Shown: positions 35,756 through 48,013 of the stretch, in pieces
Layout of the letters: each line of letters begins with the position of its first letter
How positions within the stretch are numbered: the stretch's first letter is position 1
From: Octopus bimaculoides
Taxonomy: Eukaryota
Direction: 5' to 3'
Length of the DNA stretch: 52,214 nucleotides
NCBI RefSeq assembly: GCF_001194135.2
Contig: NC_068987.1
Coordinates: forward strand, 523,815 to 576,028
Made by a program: the position numbers and the translations under genes
Notes under the pieces: model-generated
Databases searched by the model: none
The model's input: the letters and a program-made list of their open reading frames with translations, nothing else
Told to the model about the DNA's origin: nothing

Positions 35756-37284
35756 NNNNNNNNNNNNNNNNNNNNNNNNNNNNNNNNNNNNNNNNNNNNN
35801 NNNNNNNNNNNNNNNNNNNNNNNNNNNNNNNNNNNNNNNNNNNNNNNNNNNNNNNNNNNNNNNNNNNNNNNNNNNNNNNNNNNNNNNNNNNNNNNNNNNN
35901 NNNNNNNNNNNNNNNNNNNNNNNNNNNNNNNNNNNNNNNNNNNNNNNNNNNNNNNNNNNNNNNNNNNNNNNNNNNNNNNNNNNNNNNNNNNNNNNNNNNN
36001 NNNNNNNNNNNNNNNNNNNNNNNNTATACATACACTTACACACATACATGTATATATATCTATCTATCTATACACATACACACACACGTATGTATGTATA
36101 TATACATATATTGTCTACAGCTACACTCAACACCTCAACACGTTGGACAATATTTATATAAATTAATACATATACAAATATTTACAGAGACAACACTCTT
36201 TGGTAAGAGCGTTATGTGTTAAAGAAATTTAAGGAATTAGCTTCCAGCTCTGCCAATATATTTTGGTTGGCGTATGCCATAAACAACAAACTGAAGAATC
36301 ATATCGTTTTTTTTAAAAAACACATATTTTGCAGAATTATTACATCACTGGCAATATCTTATTAAATATCCTATATATGGTAATCTTCAAATAACTTTTA
36401 ATTTTTTTTTTTATATTTTGAATTATTTTCCTTTTAGTTTTTCAATTTTTATTTTCTGACTTAATAATTATGGATAATCACATGAGTGATTTTTTAAAAT
36501 CTTTTTATATTTTCCTGTTTTATCTTACAGAAAATAAATAAAAATGTAGAAATCCACGATAATTTCGATTACAGCACATTTAGCTGGTGTTTTTTTTAAA
36601 TAGAAATTAAACTCGGAGGCTGTATGTAAAATATCTTTTAATTCGATTTAAGAATTACAAATTTTAAACGTATTAAAATTGAGCAGGTTTGTCGCTATCA
36701 AACTCGGTGCACACAGTTTGTTTAGTGTTATTTTTGTGTGATTTCATTGCTAAGATCAATGTAGTGAAGTGGTGACACTTGTTTAAGAGTAGCATCTCAC
36801 TAAGTGCTTGAAAGATTCGTGTTGAAAATTGTGCAGCACGAGATAGCTTCAAACACTGCTTAGAGTGATAGAGGTAAGGTGTGAATATCTAAGCAGATAG
36901 CAACGAAAGAAAAATGATAGATACATGTAAATATATACATATATAGGCGTGTGTGTATATATATATGTATACACATATGAATGCATACATGTATACATAC
37001 ACACACGTATATATATGTGGACTTATTGTGTGTTTGCATGTGTATACATATATGTACTTATAAATATATGTATATGAATATGTATATGCAAACACATAGA
37101 TGCATACACAACGTTTGATTACGAGAATACAAAATGTAGCACTCAATACAAATTGACAAATTGAGTTATAAAAGTAGTTTATGTCGAAACTCATGCACAT
37201 ACACGCCCTACACACAAATATACATACATATATACATATATCTGTATATATATATATATGTCTGTATATATATATATATATATG

Positions 37285-37323
<39 letters not shown>

Positions 37324-37961
37324 TTATATAAGGGCATTACTATATAATAATGCCTCACGCTTAGAGGGACTAAATAAGTAAAAAACTACCAAAAATAAGC
37401 ACATATTTACCGAAAGCGAGGGAATGCAATTTTCAAAGTTAACCTCCTAAAAACATTTAACTTAACGGAAAACCATTGGTTTCATAATTAATACAGCAAA
37501 AACTATGTAGTAAGCTGCATCTTTTATTCATCAGTGTACGTATGGCCGAGACACATAAAGAATAAACAAAAATCAACATACCCTGATGTACCCAACACAG
37601 TACGATGACTTCTGTTCATCCCTATATATCCGTGAAAGAGGCGGGCTTTTTCAAAATTGCATCTCGGTAACACGTGCTTTTACAGAATAATATTCAGCAC
37701 TGAATATATTCTAATTATTTATAATATAATATAGGATAAAATCTTTATAAGAATTTATCAAGTAGTCAGCCTTTAAAAACCCATAAGGAAAAAAACCCAT
37801 CGTTTTTTTCCGTAAATATATATAATTTATATAAGGGCATTACTATATAGTAATGCCTCACGCNNNNNNNNNNTATATATATATGTGCGTATATATATAT
37901 ATAAACAAATAATAAATGAGTATATGCATATATACGTACAGGTATGTGCATACCTACGTAT

Positions 37962-38030
37962 GTGGAATTAGATGTCTTCAGAAAGGAACTAGACATTCTC
38001 CCCTCCACAATACCGGATGAACCAACAGCC
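37962..38030 (+). mobile_element. CR1-like LINE ORF2 extreme C-terminal fragment
   Basis: DVFRKELDILPSTIPDEPT resembles the FKxxLDxFLxxIPDEP terminus of CR1-group ORF2. Confidence 0.5.
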
Positions 38031-38579
38031 CAACATTGCCCTTCAATTGGTCCATTATAGATCACGTGTTATCTTACTTTAACTCAAGAAAGTGCTATAT
38101 TTGTGCTGTAGTGCGACAATGTATTGCAGCCCTTCTCAGTTTCGAATAAAATATGAGAAGTTGTCAATACTTTTAAATACTTTCAAATATACTGAGTAAT
38201 TTCTATCTGAGCTAAAATAGCAGGTTTCTCCCATAATGAGCAATAAACGTATGTGTTGTTACAAAAATAATAAAGTAAGACATCAAATTAGTCACTAACA
38301 CTTCGTTTTCAGTCTACACTGCTTTCTTGTTGTGTTCTTTACACACATAATCCTGAAGACATGAAGATACACGTGTTTTTGTAGATAAATAGCTGAAAAT
38401 GTCAAATGTGATGCGTTTAACAATTGAATACATGAATGTGCGAAGCATTTTCTCGATAACAAATCAAATAAAGTTTGAGAGTAAAAAGTATGAGTCAAAT
38501 ACAGCCTGGAAAGAACGGATTCATGAAAATCATTCTTGTTTGTTGGAGTAAAAAAATCTGAGGTAATTTTTGGAATGGT

Positions 38580-38965
38580 GATAAGAATGATGATGATGTT
38601 GATGATGACGGAGCTGCTGCTGCTTTTGCTGCTGTTGATGATGATAATGGTGATGAAGATGATGATGATGGTGGTGCTGCTGTTGTTGTTGTTGTTGATG
38701 ATAATAATGATGATAATGATAACGAACTTAAGGAATTAATAGCAGGCAAATCTGCCTGAAATCAGATAGGACCGTTTTAAAAGAGAATGTACTGCATAAT
38801 GGTGGCTTGAGTTGCTTGCGTGTAAGATGATGATGACGACGATGGTGGTGGTTGTGATGATGATATTGAAGATGATGATGATAACAATGGTGATGATGAT
38901 GATGATAGTGATTACGATGACGACGACGATGATGATGTTGATGATAATAGGAATGGTGATGATGG
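38580..38965. repeat. (GAT)/(GCT)/(GTT) trinucleotide low-complexity tracts
   Basis: Read directly; the source of poly-M/L/H/S ORFs in the track. Confidence 0.9.
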
Positions 38966-39334
38966 TTACATAATAACAACAAAGAAACTAGAGATATAAT
39001 TATTGATTAACAGAATAATTAAAGGAAATCTTTGGAGGCAAGAAGTCTGGAGGAGTGGGGTGAGGAAAGGGTTGTGTGGGGACGATACAGAAGAGTGAGG
39101 GGTGGGGGCGATCACTGATGGCGATATGAAGTATAGGGAACTGTAAGAAAGTATGGTGACACATCCAAAACTAAACGGATACATCAGGAATTATGGATAT
39201 ATTCCAAATAGGGGCCACAGCTGTAACTAGGGGTCTACAATAGGAAGTATGCCCTTTGGAAAAAATACTACCATTTTCTGGAAAATGTGAAGGTATAACA
39301 ACAGCAACAACAACAACCTGCCAATAGGGGAACG

Positions 39335-39632
39335 TTTATGGGGTCTGCCTGCTAGAAATAGCAGCAAAAGCCTCTTTCAGATCATAAATTTCTGTCCGCA
39401 ACGAGGAGACATTGGAAATTGTACTGCAAAAAAGATGGCTTGAAAAAGGTTTGACCAAGACGTATTTGCCTGTTGACCCAACGAGAGTTGGGGCTAAACA
39501 ACAAAACCAGCAACAATAACAGATCACTGTCTTTGACCTTGAAAATGCAAAGGGTACAATTGATTATATAGTCCTAGATACATCATGCCTGAAAAAAAAC
39601 CCCACACAGGTATCGTTGCGGGTGGATCACTT
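39335..39632 (+). mobile_element. Family D copy, rearranged
   Basis: CCTGCTAGAAATAGCAGCAAAAG...GGGGCTAAACAACAA tail, then an internal piece (ATAGTCCTAGATACA) placed after the tail. Confidence 0.5.
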
Positions 39633-39689
39633 TTAATCACAGGTTTGGTGGTTGAGCAAAAGTAACTCTAAACATGCTGACGTGAAATG

Positions 39690-40113
39690 ATTCTTTTTAA
39701 TCGATGTATCAATGTCAGCAGATGACAACGTTTCTCTAAAAGAAATGGAGAAACTATCGAAATACAAAGATCTGAAAATAGTGGAGAAACTATCAAAATA
39801 CAAAGATCTGAAAATAGTGGTAACTCGAATGTGGAGTCTAAAAACAGAAAGAATTCCTTTCATAGTGGGCGCTTTAGGTATGATAAAAATGTTCAGACAA
39901 ATACATAACAAAAACACCAGGACTTACAAGTATATATAACATACAGAAAACTGCTCTACTGGATACCGCAAACATCCTACGCAAAACACTTTCAATACAG
40001 TAACCATAAGAGCATCATAGCAGACCACAGCACATACCTAAGGCACACAGAGCTGCGTTCGGTAGTGCAGTGAAAGCAGGCGATAAAAATAGGACTACTG
40101 AATAATAATAATA
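39690..40113 (+). mobile_element. R4/Dong-like RLE LINE 3' end (family 2) with UTR and (AAT)n tail
   Basis: LIDVSMSADDNVSLKEMEKLSKYKDL...PFIVGALGMIK.../IQKTALLDTANILRKTLSIQ*, then about 100 nt of UTR ending GAATAATAATAATAAG. Confidence 0.85.
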
Positions 40114-40152
40114 AGAAGGAATATAAGAGACGCCACGACAATATAGCCAGGC

Positions 40153-40683
40153 TTGTCAATTGGACACTTTGCAACAAGTATGGATTTGACAGAGCAAAAA
40201 AATTGGTACGACCACAAACCTGAAGGCATCGTCGAAAATAGAAATGCAAAGATCCTATGGGATTTTATGATTCAGTGCGACCATGAGATAGATAATAAGA
40301 AGCCAGACATAGTCTTAATTGAGAAAGAAAACAAACTATGCTGGATCATAGACATAATATGTCCAGCTGACAAGGTATGCGATAAGGAAGAAAGAAAAGT
40401 CGGGAGATATGACAGGTTAGGTTGGGAAGTTAAGCAGTTGTGGTCGATGAAAAAGGTAGCAGTAGTACCAATAATTGTCGGAGCCCTGGGAACAGTGAGC
40501 AAAAGTTTCGAGAAATACGTGGAACAAATAGGGGCTGCAATAGGGATGGAGCACTTGCAGAAAACAGCACTGCTTGGAACTGCTCGAATACTCCGAAAGG
40601 TGCTCGAAAAATAAGAGGTGTTACCTTAGTTCACTGGTAGTGAACATCTGACACTGTAGTACATCTCCAGCGTTAGAAGCTGC
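40153..40683 (+). mobile_element. R4/Dong-like RLE LINE 3' end (family 3)
   Basis: ORF 40153-40614: WYDHKPEG...KILWDFMIQCD...KPDIVLIE...IIDIICP...EERKVGRY...VPIIVGALG...LQKTALLGTARILRKVL. The PD..D..K motif is intact. A short UTR is cut by a SINE. Confidence 0.9.
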
Positions 40684-40896
40684 TTCAAATTTTACCACAA
40701 GGTCAATTATTTTTTTGGGGAGGAGATAAGGCGATTACATCCACCCCAGTGTTTCACTGGTGCTTAATTTACTGACCCCGAAAGGATGAAAGCAAAAATC
40801 AACCTCGGCTGAATTCGAACTCAGAACGTAGCGACGGGCGAAATACCGCTTAACATTTCGTCTAGCGTGCTAACGATTCTGCCGGCTCGCCGCCTT
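40684..40896 (-). mobile_element. SINE family B, full length
   Basis: Head AAGGCGGCGAGCCGGCAGAATCGTTAGCACG, B box GAGTTCGAATTC, body CTTTCATCCTTTCGGGGTC...CACTGGGGTGGATGTAATCGCC. This is the best-preserved copy. Confidence 0.85.
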
Positions 40897-41055
40897 AATG
40901 ATAATAATAATTTTAACTGTTAATAATATTAATTCTTGTTAGACAATGAGGCACCCTTGTTGAAGCTGCGTTTGAAGTTGCTGTGATGTTTATTATTGTG
41001 TAGACATTCTGTCGCTGTTACATACACCCTTCTGCTGCTGCTGTTGTTGCTGTTG

Positions 41056-41114
<59 letters not shown>
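41056..41114. repeat. (CTA)n microsatellite
   Basis: Read directly; a shorter similar tract is at 1-19. Confidence 0.97.
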
Positions 41115-42631
41115 GTTATGTCATCATTATTCTCCTTATTTAATTAGATCAAGTCCCCAAGTTTTCCCTAATTGATGATATCATATTGTATACACATAAC
41201 TGTGTATATATGCATGTATATATCTATATGTATATATAAACATATATCCGTATACACACGCATGTATGTATGTCTATCTCTCCCTCTCTGTATATGGCCT
41301 CATGTGTACATATACACTGACAAATATATGCATACGTACATTGAAGGAGAGATGCATAGATCGATNNNNNNNNNNNNNNNNNNNNNNNNNNNNNNNNNNN
41401 NNNNNNNNNNNNNNNNNNNNNNNNNNNNNNNNNNNNNNNNNNNNNNNNNNNNNNNNNNNNNNNNNNNNNNNNNNNNNNNNNNNNNNNNNNNNNNNNNNNN
41501 NNNNNNNNNNNNNNNNNNNNNNNNNNNNNNNNNNNNNNNNNNNNNNNNNNNNNNNNNNNNNNNNNNNNNNNNNNNNNNNNNNNNNNNNNNNNNNNNNNNN
41601 NNNNNNNNNNNNNNNNNNNNNNNNNNNNNNNNNNNNNNNNNNNNNNNNNNNNNNNNNNNNNNNNNNNNNNNNNNNNNNNNNNNNNNNNNNNNNNNNNNNN
41701 NNNNNNNNNNNNNNNNNNNNNNNNNNNNNNNNNNNNNNNNNNNNNNNNNNNNNNNNNNNNNNNNNNNNNNNNNNNNNNNNNNNNNNNNNNNNNNNNNNNN
41801 NNNNNNNNNNNNNNNNNNNNNNNNNNNNNNNNNNNNNNNNNNNNNNNNNNNNNNNNNNNNNNNNNNNNNNNNNNNNNNNNNNNNNNNNNNNNNNNNNNNN
41901 NNNNNNNNNNNNNNNNNNNNNNNNNNNNNNNNNNNNNNNNNNNNNNNNNNNNNNNNNNNNNNNNNNNNNNNNNNNNNNNNNNNNNNNNNNNNNNNNNNNN
42001 NNNNNNNNNNNNNNNNNNNNNNNNNNNNNNNNNNNNNNNNNNNNNNNNNNNNNNNNNNNNNNNNNNNNNNNNNNNNNNNNNNNNNNNNNNNNNNNNNNNN
42101 NNNNNNNNNNNNNNNNNNNNNNNNNNNNNNNNNNNNNNNNNNNNNNNNNNNNNNNNNNNNNNNNNNNNNNNNNNNNNNNNNNNNNNNNNNNNNNNNNNNN
42201 NNNNNNNNNNNTATATATATATATATATGTATATATAGATTTTATTATTTCGCTGAGGGATAGCGATACTAACAACCTGGTGTTAGAATTCAATACACTT
42301 ATGTTTCAGAATGAAGCGTCAGACGAGTAGAGTCGGGTGACAAAGAAATTAGAAAGACGAGGGAATAAGAGTTTTATGTTCTGAACTACATTAGCTTACA
42401 GTTGTTGCTGCTACAGGATGCAATGAATCACGCTATAGCTTCAAATATGAAGCGGAATTTTATGTGAAACTCCGATGAAGCTATAGGATGCTGCACAAGC
42501 ATTCAACTATGATTGCATTGTGTATGTGTGTGTGTGTGTGTAAATGTATAAGTATTCTTATGTATGTATGTATATATATATAATATGCATATACACACAT
42601 ATGTATGTATGCATGCCTGTCTCTATATATG

Positions 42632-42669
<38 letters not shown>

Positions 42670-42679
42670 NNNNNNNNNN

Positions 42680-42718
<39 letters not shown>

Positions 42719-42720
<2 letters not shown>

Positions 42721-43977
42721 AGGTTGTCCGGAAAGTTTTGAGCGTTTTTAAGCTAAATTTTTTAACGCTCCATTGAACACAGCTGAAATGTAACACAGTT
42801 AAAACTTTGGCATTGCTTGAAGTGGAAGTGCATCTCTTCTTTGTTGCTGACTAAAAATAGATTTGTCTTTCATTCTGGTTACTCTTTATTCACATTTGAA
42901 ATGGATAACGAAAAATTTCATATTTGCGTTGTAATGCTTTTCTTTTTCACAAAAAGAGAAAATGCTGCAAAGACTTGCAAAACATTTGTGAAGTTTATGG
43001 TGATGATGATGCTGTCGGTGAATCAACTGTTCGAAGGTGGTTTGCAAAATTTGAAGCTGGAGAGTTTTAGTTTGGAAGTCGCAGAGGAAGACATGCAAAA
43101 TTGGATGAAGATGTTTTGAAGGCAAAAATCGAAGAAAACTCAAATATCACGACTAGAGAACTTGCAGGGGAGTTGGAAGTTTCTAACAGTACGGCTCATG
43201 AATACCTCGTAAAACCAGGGTACGTTTCTCGCTATAATGTATGGGTCCCTCACAAACTCACAGAAAAGAATTGTCTGGACCGCTATTCCGTTTGTGATAT
43301 TCTTTTGAAAAGGAATGAAAGCATGCCTTTTTTGAAACATGTGACTGGAGATGAAAAATGGATTGTGTACGAAAACGTAGTGTGGAAAAGATCCTGGAGT
43401 TTGCGTAAGGATCTCCCAAAACAGCAACCACAGACGAATATCTATGCCAAAGAAGCTATGCTTTGTGTTTGGTGGGATCATAAAGGCATTATTAATGAGC
43501 TTCTCTAATAAAACCAGGCCATTAATTCTGATGTGTACTGTCATCATCTGGCTAATTTGAACCTAAAAATCAAAGAAATGATGCTGGAGATTGCCTACAG
43601 GAAAGGGGTAGTGTTCCAACCACATTTGTTTCTGGTTACATGAACAAAGTTACATGAACTTGGCTGGAATCTCTTATTTCATCCATCATATTCTCCTGAT
43701 ATTGCACCATCCGACTACCTGTTGTTTTTGTATTTACAGAATCCATTGCAGGGAAAAACATTTAACGATTTAGATGGAGTCAAAATGCATCTAGATAACT
43801 TTTTTCTTCGAAACCAGTCAAATTTTAAGCTGATGAAATATTGAAATTGCCTGCTAGATGTGTAAAGGTCATTAATAATAACCGAAATCATTTCATTATA
43901 TAAAATTTATTGAAAGGTCAATTAGTTAGATCCATTTTGTATATTAAAACACGCTCAGAACTTTCCGGATAACTTAA
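42719..43977 (+). mobile_element. Near full-length mariner (D,D34D type) transposon, transposase pseudogene
   Basis: 27-bp TIRs TTAGGTTGTCCGGAAAGTTTTGAGCGT (42719-42745) and its inverse at 43951-43977 (3 mismatches), with TA after the right end, in a (TA)n context; length 1259 bp. The transposase starts at ATG 42901 and has WVPHKL (43242), TGDEKW (43344) and YSPDIAPSD (43689), with frameshifts and stops. Confidence 0.95.
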
Positions 43978-44286
43978 TATATATATATCAGTGGGAAAAA
44001 TGCGTTAGGTGCATGACAAAATAAGCGTTTTGGTTACGGCTCTTTATAGCAATCACATTAAACAAACACTCTCTGTTCCCTGATCCGATAGGGTTCTATG
44101 TGGCACGAATAGGACTTTAACGTCAGCAAAAGTTTTCGGTATGATTAAAGGCTCATTGCAAATTGCATCAGTAAATCACATTTATAATATGATATCATTG
44201 ATTATCGAACACAAAATCATATGCAACGAATGAAATAAAGGAAAACAAATTCATGTTTTTCTCTCATTATATAAATGTAAGAGATG

Positions 44287-44482
44287 TAAGGTGGCGATCA
44301 AGCAGAGTTGTTAACGCGACGGACCAATGGCTTATCGGCATTTCGTCCGTCTTTACGTTCTGAGTTCAATTTCTGCTGAGGCCGCCTCTATTAAATAAGT
44401 ACCAGTTAAGCATTGGGGTTGATGTAACCGATTTAAACCCTGCCCCGAAATTACTGGTCGTGGGCCATAATTTGAAACTAAT
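44287..44482 (+). mobile_element. SINE family B
   Basis: AAGGTGGCGA..AGCAGAGTTGTTAACGCG...CATTTCGTCCGTCTTTACGTTCTGAGTTCAATTTC...TAAATAAGTACCAG...GGGGTTGATGTAACCG. Confidence 0.75.
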
Positions 44483-44569
44483 ATGTATATGAGAGATGAT
44501 CTCTCTTTTCAGGACTGCAGCCTATGGCGTTAAAAGCGACACATACAAGTTAAGCTGGGTGTGTAAATT

Positions 44570-44606
<37 letters not shown>

Positions 44607-44625
44607 CACACACACACACACATAT

Positions 44626-44661
<36 letters not shown>

Positions 44662-46406
44662 ACACNNNNNNNNNNNNNNNNNNNNNNNNNNNNNNNNNNN
44701 NNNNNNNNNNNNNNNNNNNNNNNNNNNNNNNNNNNNNNNNNNNNNNNNNNNNNNNNNNNNNNNNNNNNNNNNNNNNNNNNNNNNNNNNNNNNNNNNNNNN
44801 NNNNNNNNNNNNNNNNNNNNNNNNNNNNNNNNNNNNNNNNNNNNNNNNNNNNNNNNNNNNNNNNNNNNNNNNNNNNNNNNNNNNNNNNNNNNNNNNNNNN
44901 NNNNNNNNNNNNNNNNNNNNNNNNNNNNNNNNNNNNNNNNNNNNNNNNNNNNNNNNNNNNNNNNNNNNNNNNNNNNNNNNNNNNNNNNNNNNNNNNNNNN
45001 NNNNNNNNNNNNNNNNNNNNNNNNNNNNNNNNNNNNNNNNNNNNNNNNNNNNNNNNNNNNNNNNNNNNNNNNNNNNNNNNNNNNNNNNNNNNNNNNNNNN
45101 NNNNNNNNNNNNNNNNNNNNNNNNNNNNNNNNNNNNNNNNNNNNNNNNNNNNNNNNNNNNNNNNNNNNNNNNNNNNNNNNNNNNNNNNNNNACATTTTAC
45201 CATTCTTTCCAGAATAATAGAGAACATCGAATTTAAAAAAAAAAAAAATCCAATTTTCCTGGTAATTCTATAAGGATTTAAAAATCTAAATTAAAATATT
45301 TATCTCCAGAAAAAAAATTTTTTGGTTATAAACAAAACTTTTATGAAATTTATAAATACAAATATCATAAGTTCTTAAAGAAATGATATTTTAACATTTT
45401 CACACAACAAAAGAGTAGAATAACAACAGAATCATATTTTCTCAAAGATCATAAGCTCACTTTCGTGAACTTTTCTCTTGAATCATTAACATTCTCTACA
45501 TTACCGTTCGTTGTAATATTTTGATCTTGGAGACTATCCTTTCCAAAAATTGTATTGTCTCTGCATCGCTCGTCGCATTTAAGTGTTTTACTTGCTTCCA
45601 TATCGTATAATTTTGTTATTTTACGTTACTTCATTCCAAAATCAATCAAAAGTAGGAGCTAATAAATCGATTGTTGATCGAATAGAAACTATTTCGATTA
45701 CCAATATTACTCCGAACCTTTCAGACAACATTGCCTTTCTCTATGACTTTCTGCTGAGGAATAGAAGACTTGCTCTGCTGTTCTGTTGCACAGATTCCTT
45801 GGGTGTGTATTCCTGACCATTAATGAGAAAATATTTTCCAAGATGTTCCTTTCCAACTCTTATGATATTCACCTCAGATTTTATTGAAAGGATATCATAT
45901 GACATTCCAATGCTGTTGGAATTCATGTCACTCCTAACGCTTCTTTCTCTATTCTTTTCGTTTGAGGCCAACACAAACTACATCAGAAATAATGTACACA
46001 TTTCTGGTAGTAGTTAGTAACCCCTTTCGTCCAATACATTCGCTTCTCCGATATAGTTATTCATGATTAAGAGATGCTAAACAACTCCAAATATCGCTAT
46101 TTTCAACTATATGTTCAGCTGTGATGATATTGTAAATATCACATCGATAGAATAAAATCAGACAGACCGCATAGAAGTTATATATTAGAATTTGCTGCCA
46201 ATTTAGCAGAGTTCTTTGTTCTTTTGGGTATCAAACTTGATCTCGTCAATGCCAGCCAGTTTTATTATACATCTCTATATACATATGCATAAGTATATAT
46301 ATAAACATATGTGTGTAAGTATATCTACACGCATACATCCACTCGCCCAAAACGAGTACACACACATATAGCCTTATTCACACAAGACACAAGAGAGCTT
46401 ACTTAC

Positions 46407-46479
46407 CAATGTTTGATCGGATAACAACCTCAAAGGCCACATTTTGTACTAGGAGCTCGAAATCAAGACTTTTCCTATC
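46407..46479 (-). other. Candidate 73-nt coding exon (unverified)
   Basis: TTTTCAG acceptor and G/GTAAGT donor; only frame 0 is open (DRKSLDFELLVQNVAFEVVIRSNI). No homolog is recognised. Confidence 0.2.
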
Positions 46480-46720
46480 CTGAAAATCTTTAATCACAGA
46501 CATTTGTGTGTCTGTATGAAAGAATGCCGTTCAATACACATATCTATGAGTATGTATAAATGAATGTATGTTTATATGTGCGCATGAATGAGTGCATCTG
46601 TCTATCTATGTACCTATCTATCCGTCCATCTATCTATCTATCTCTATGTACCTATCTATCTATCTATCTGTCTATTTATATATGTATAGATTTGTTTTAG
46701 CTATCAAGCTGGAGCAACAG

Positions 46721-46774
<54 letters not shown>

Positions 46775-47176
46775 GATAGACAGATATNNNNNNNNNNCAC
46801 ACACACACATATATATAGATAGACAGATATGTATATACACAAACTTGCATGCACACACACACACACACACACATACATATGCATGTATTTATATTTATAT
46901 ACACTTTTATATTAATAGGTATATGTATGCATATATATTAATGAAATATACACTCAATGGATTGAAAAGATTCATGTAAATTTAATAAAGATTACAGAGA
47001 CACACATTGAACATATGCAGAATTCTCCGTCTCTCTCTCTCTCTCTCTCTCACACTGTATATATATCTGTATATATACACAGAAAGCTATATATAGATGT
47101 AAAGCTGTATATTATAACTATGCATGCATATACATACATACATGCACACACATACATAGATAGATACGTACATACA

Positions 47177-47234
<58 letters not shown>

Positions 47235-47407
47235 CGTCTATGTAACATACTTAGTATATTTTTAATAGTACTTAAACATTTAATAGTGAATAGTTTCATA
47301 AATAAAGGCATGTAAGTAATATGTATAAATATACACATGTATATATGTGTATATATACATATACACGTCCGCGCGCACACATGAATATGCATACGCACAG
47401 AAACATT

Positions 47408-47456
<49 letters not shown>

Positions 47457-47955
47457 ATGAATATGTGCGTGTGTTTGTGCGCGTGTGTGTATATGCATGT
47501 GCGTAAATAGACAGAAGTACACATCTCTGTAATATATATTTCTAATAGAAAATAATTCTTTTTCTTATAAAAGCGAGGAGATTACTCTTCTGAATATATT
47601 ATAGGGGAATAAAATAGAGATAGGTTTTAAAATATGTATATATACATACGTTCATGCATGCACACTCATATATATATAGCGAGAAATTCATATATATATA
47701 TATATACACACATACATACATATGCACACACATACGTACTTACATGTACGCGTACCCTCATTCATATATACATACATATATATATCTATATATATTTATG
47801 CATAAACATTCACACACACACACACACACACACCATGTTTAACTGAAGAATGAATGCATTTTGAAGTATGTATAGCTACATAGACATCAACACTTATGTT
47901 TACTCATACATGTACATACATACAAACATATATACTTACATATCTATATAGAAAT

Positions 47956-48013
<58 letters not shown>

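Noticed and set aside
39746-39817. 36-bp direct repeat as a CRISPR-like array
   Set aside because: Two adjacent units with no spacer inside a LINE ORF, in a eukaryotic context.
45500-46017. Several 64-77 aa ORFs in AT-rich unique sequence
   Set aside because: No recognisable motifs in any frame I translated. It may be an old TE but cannot be supported.
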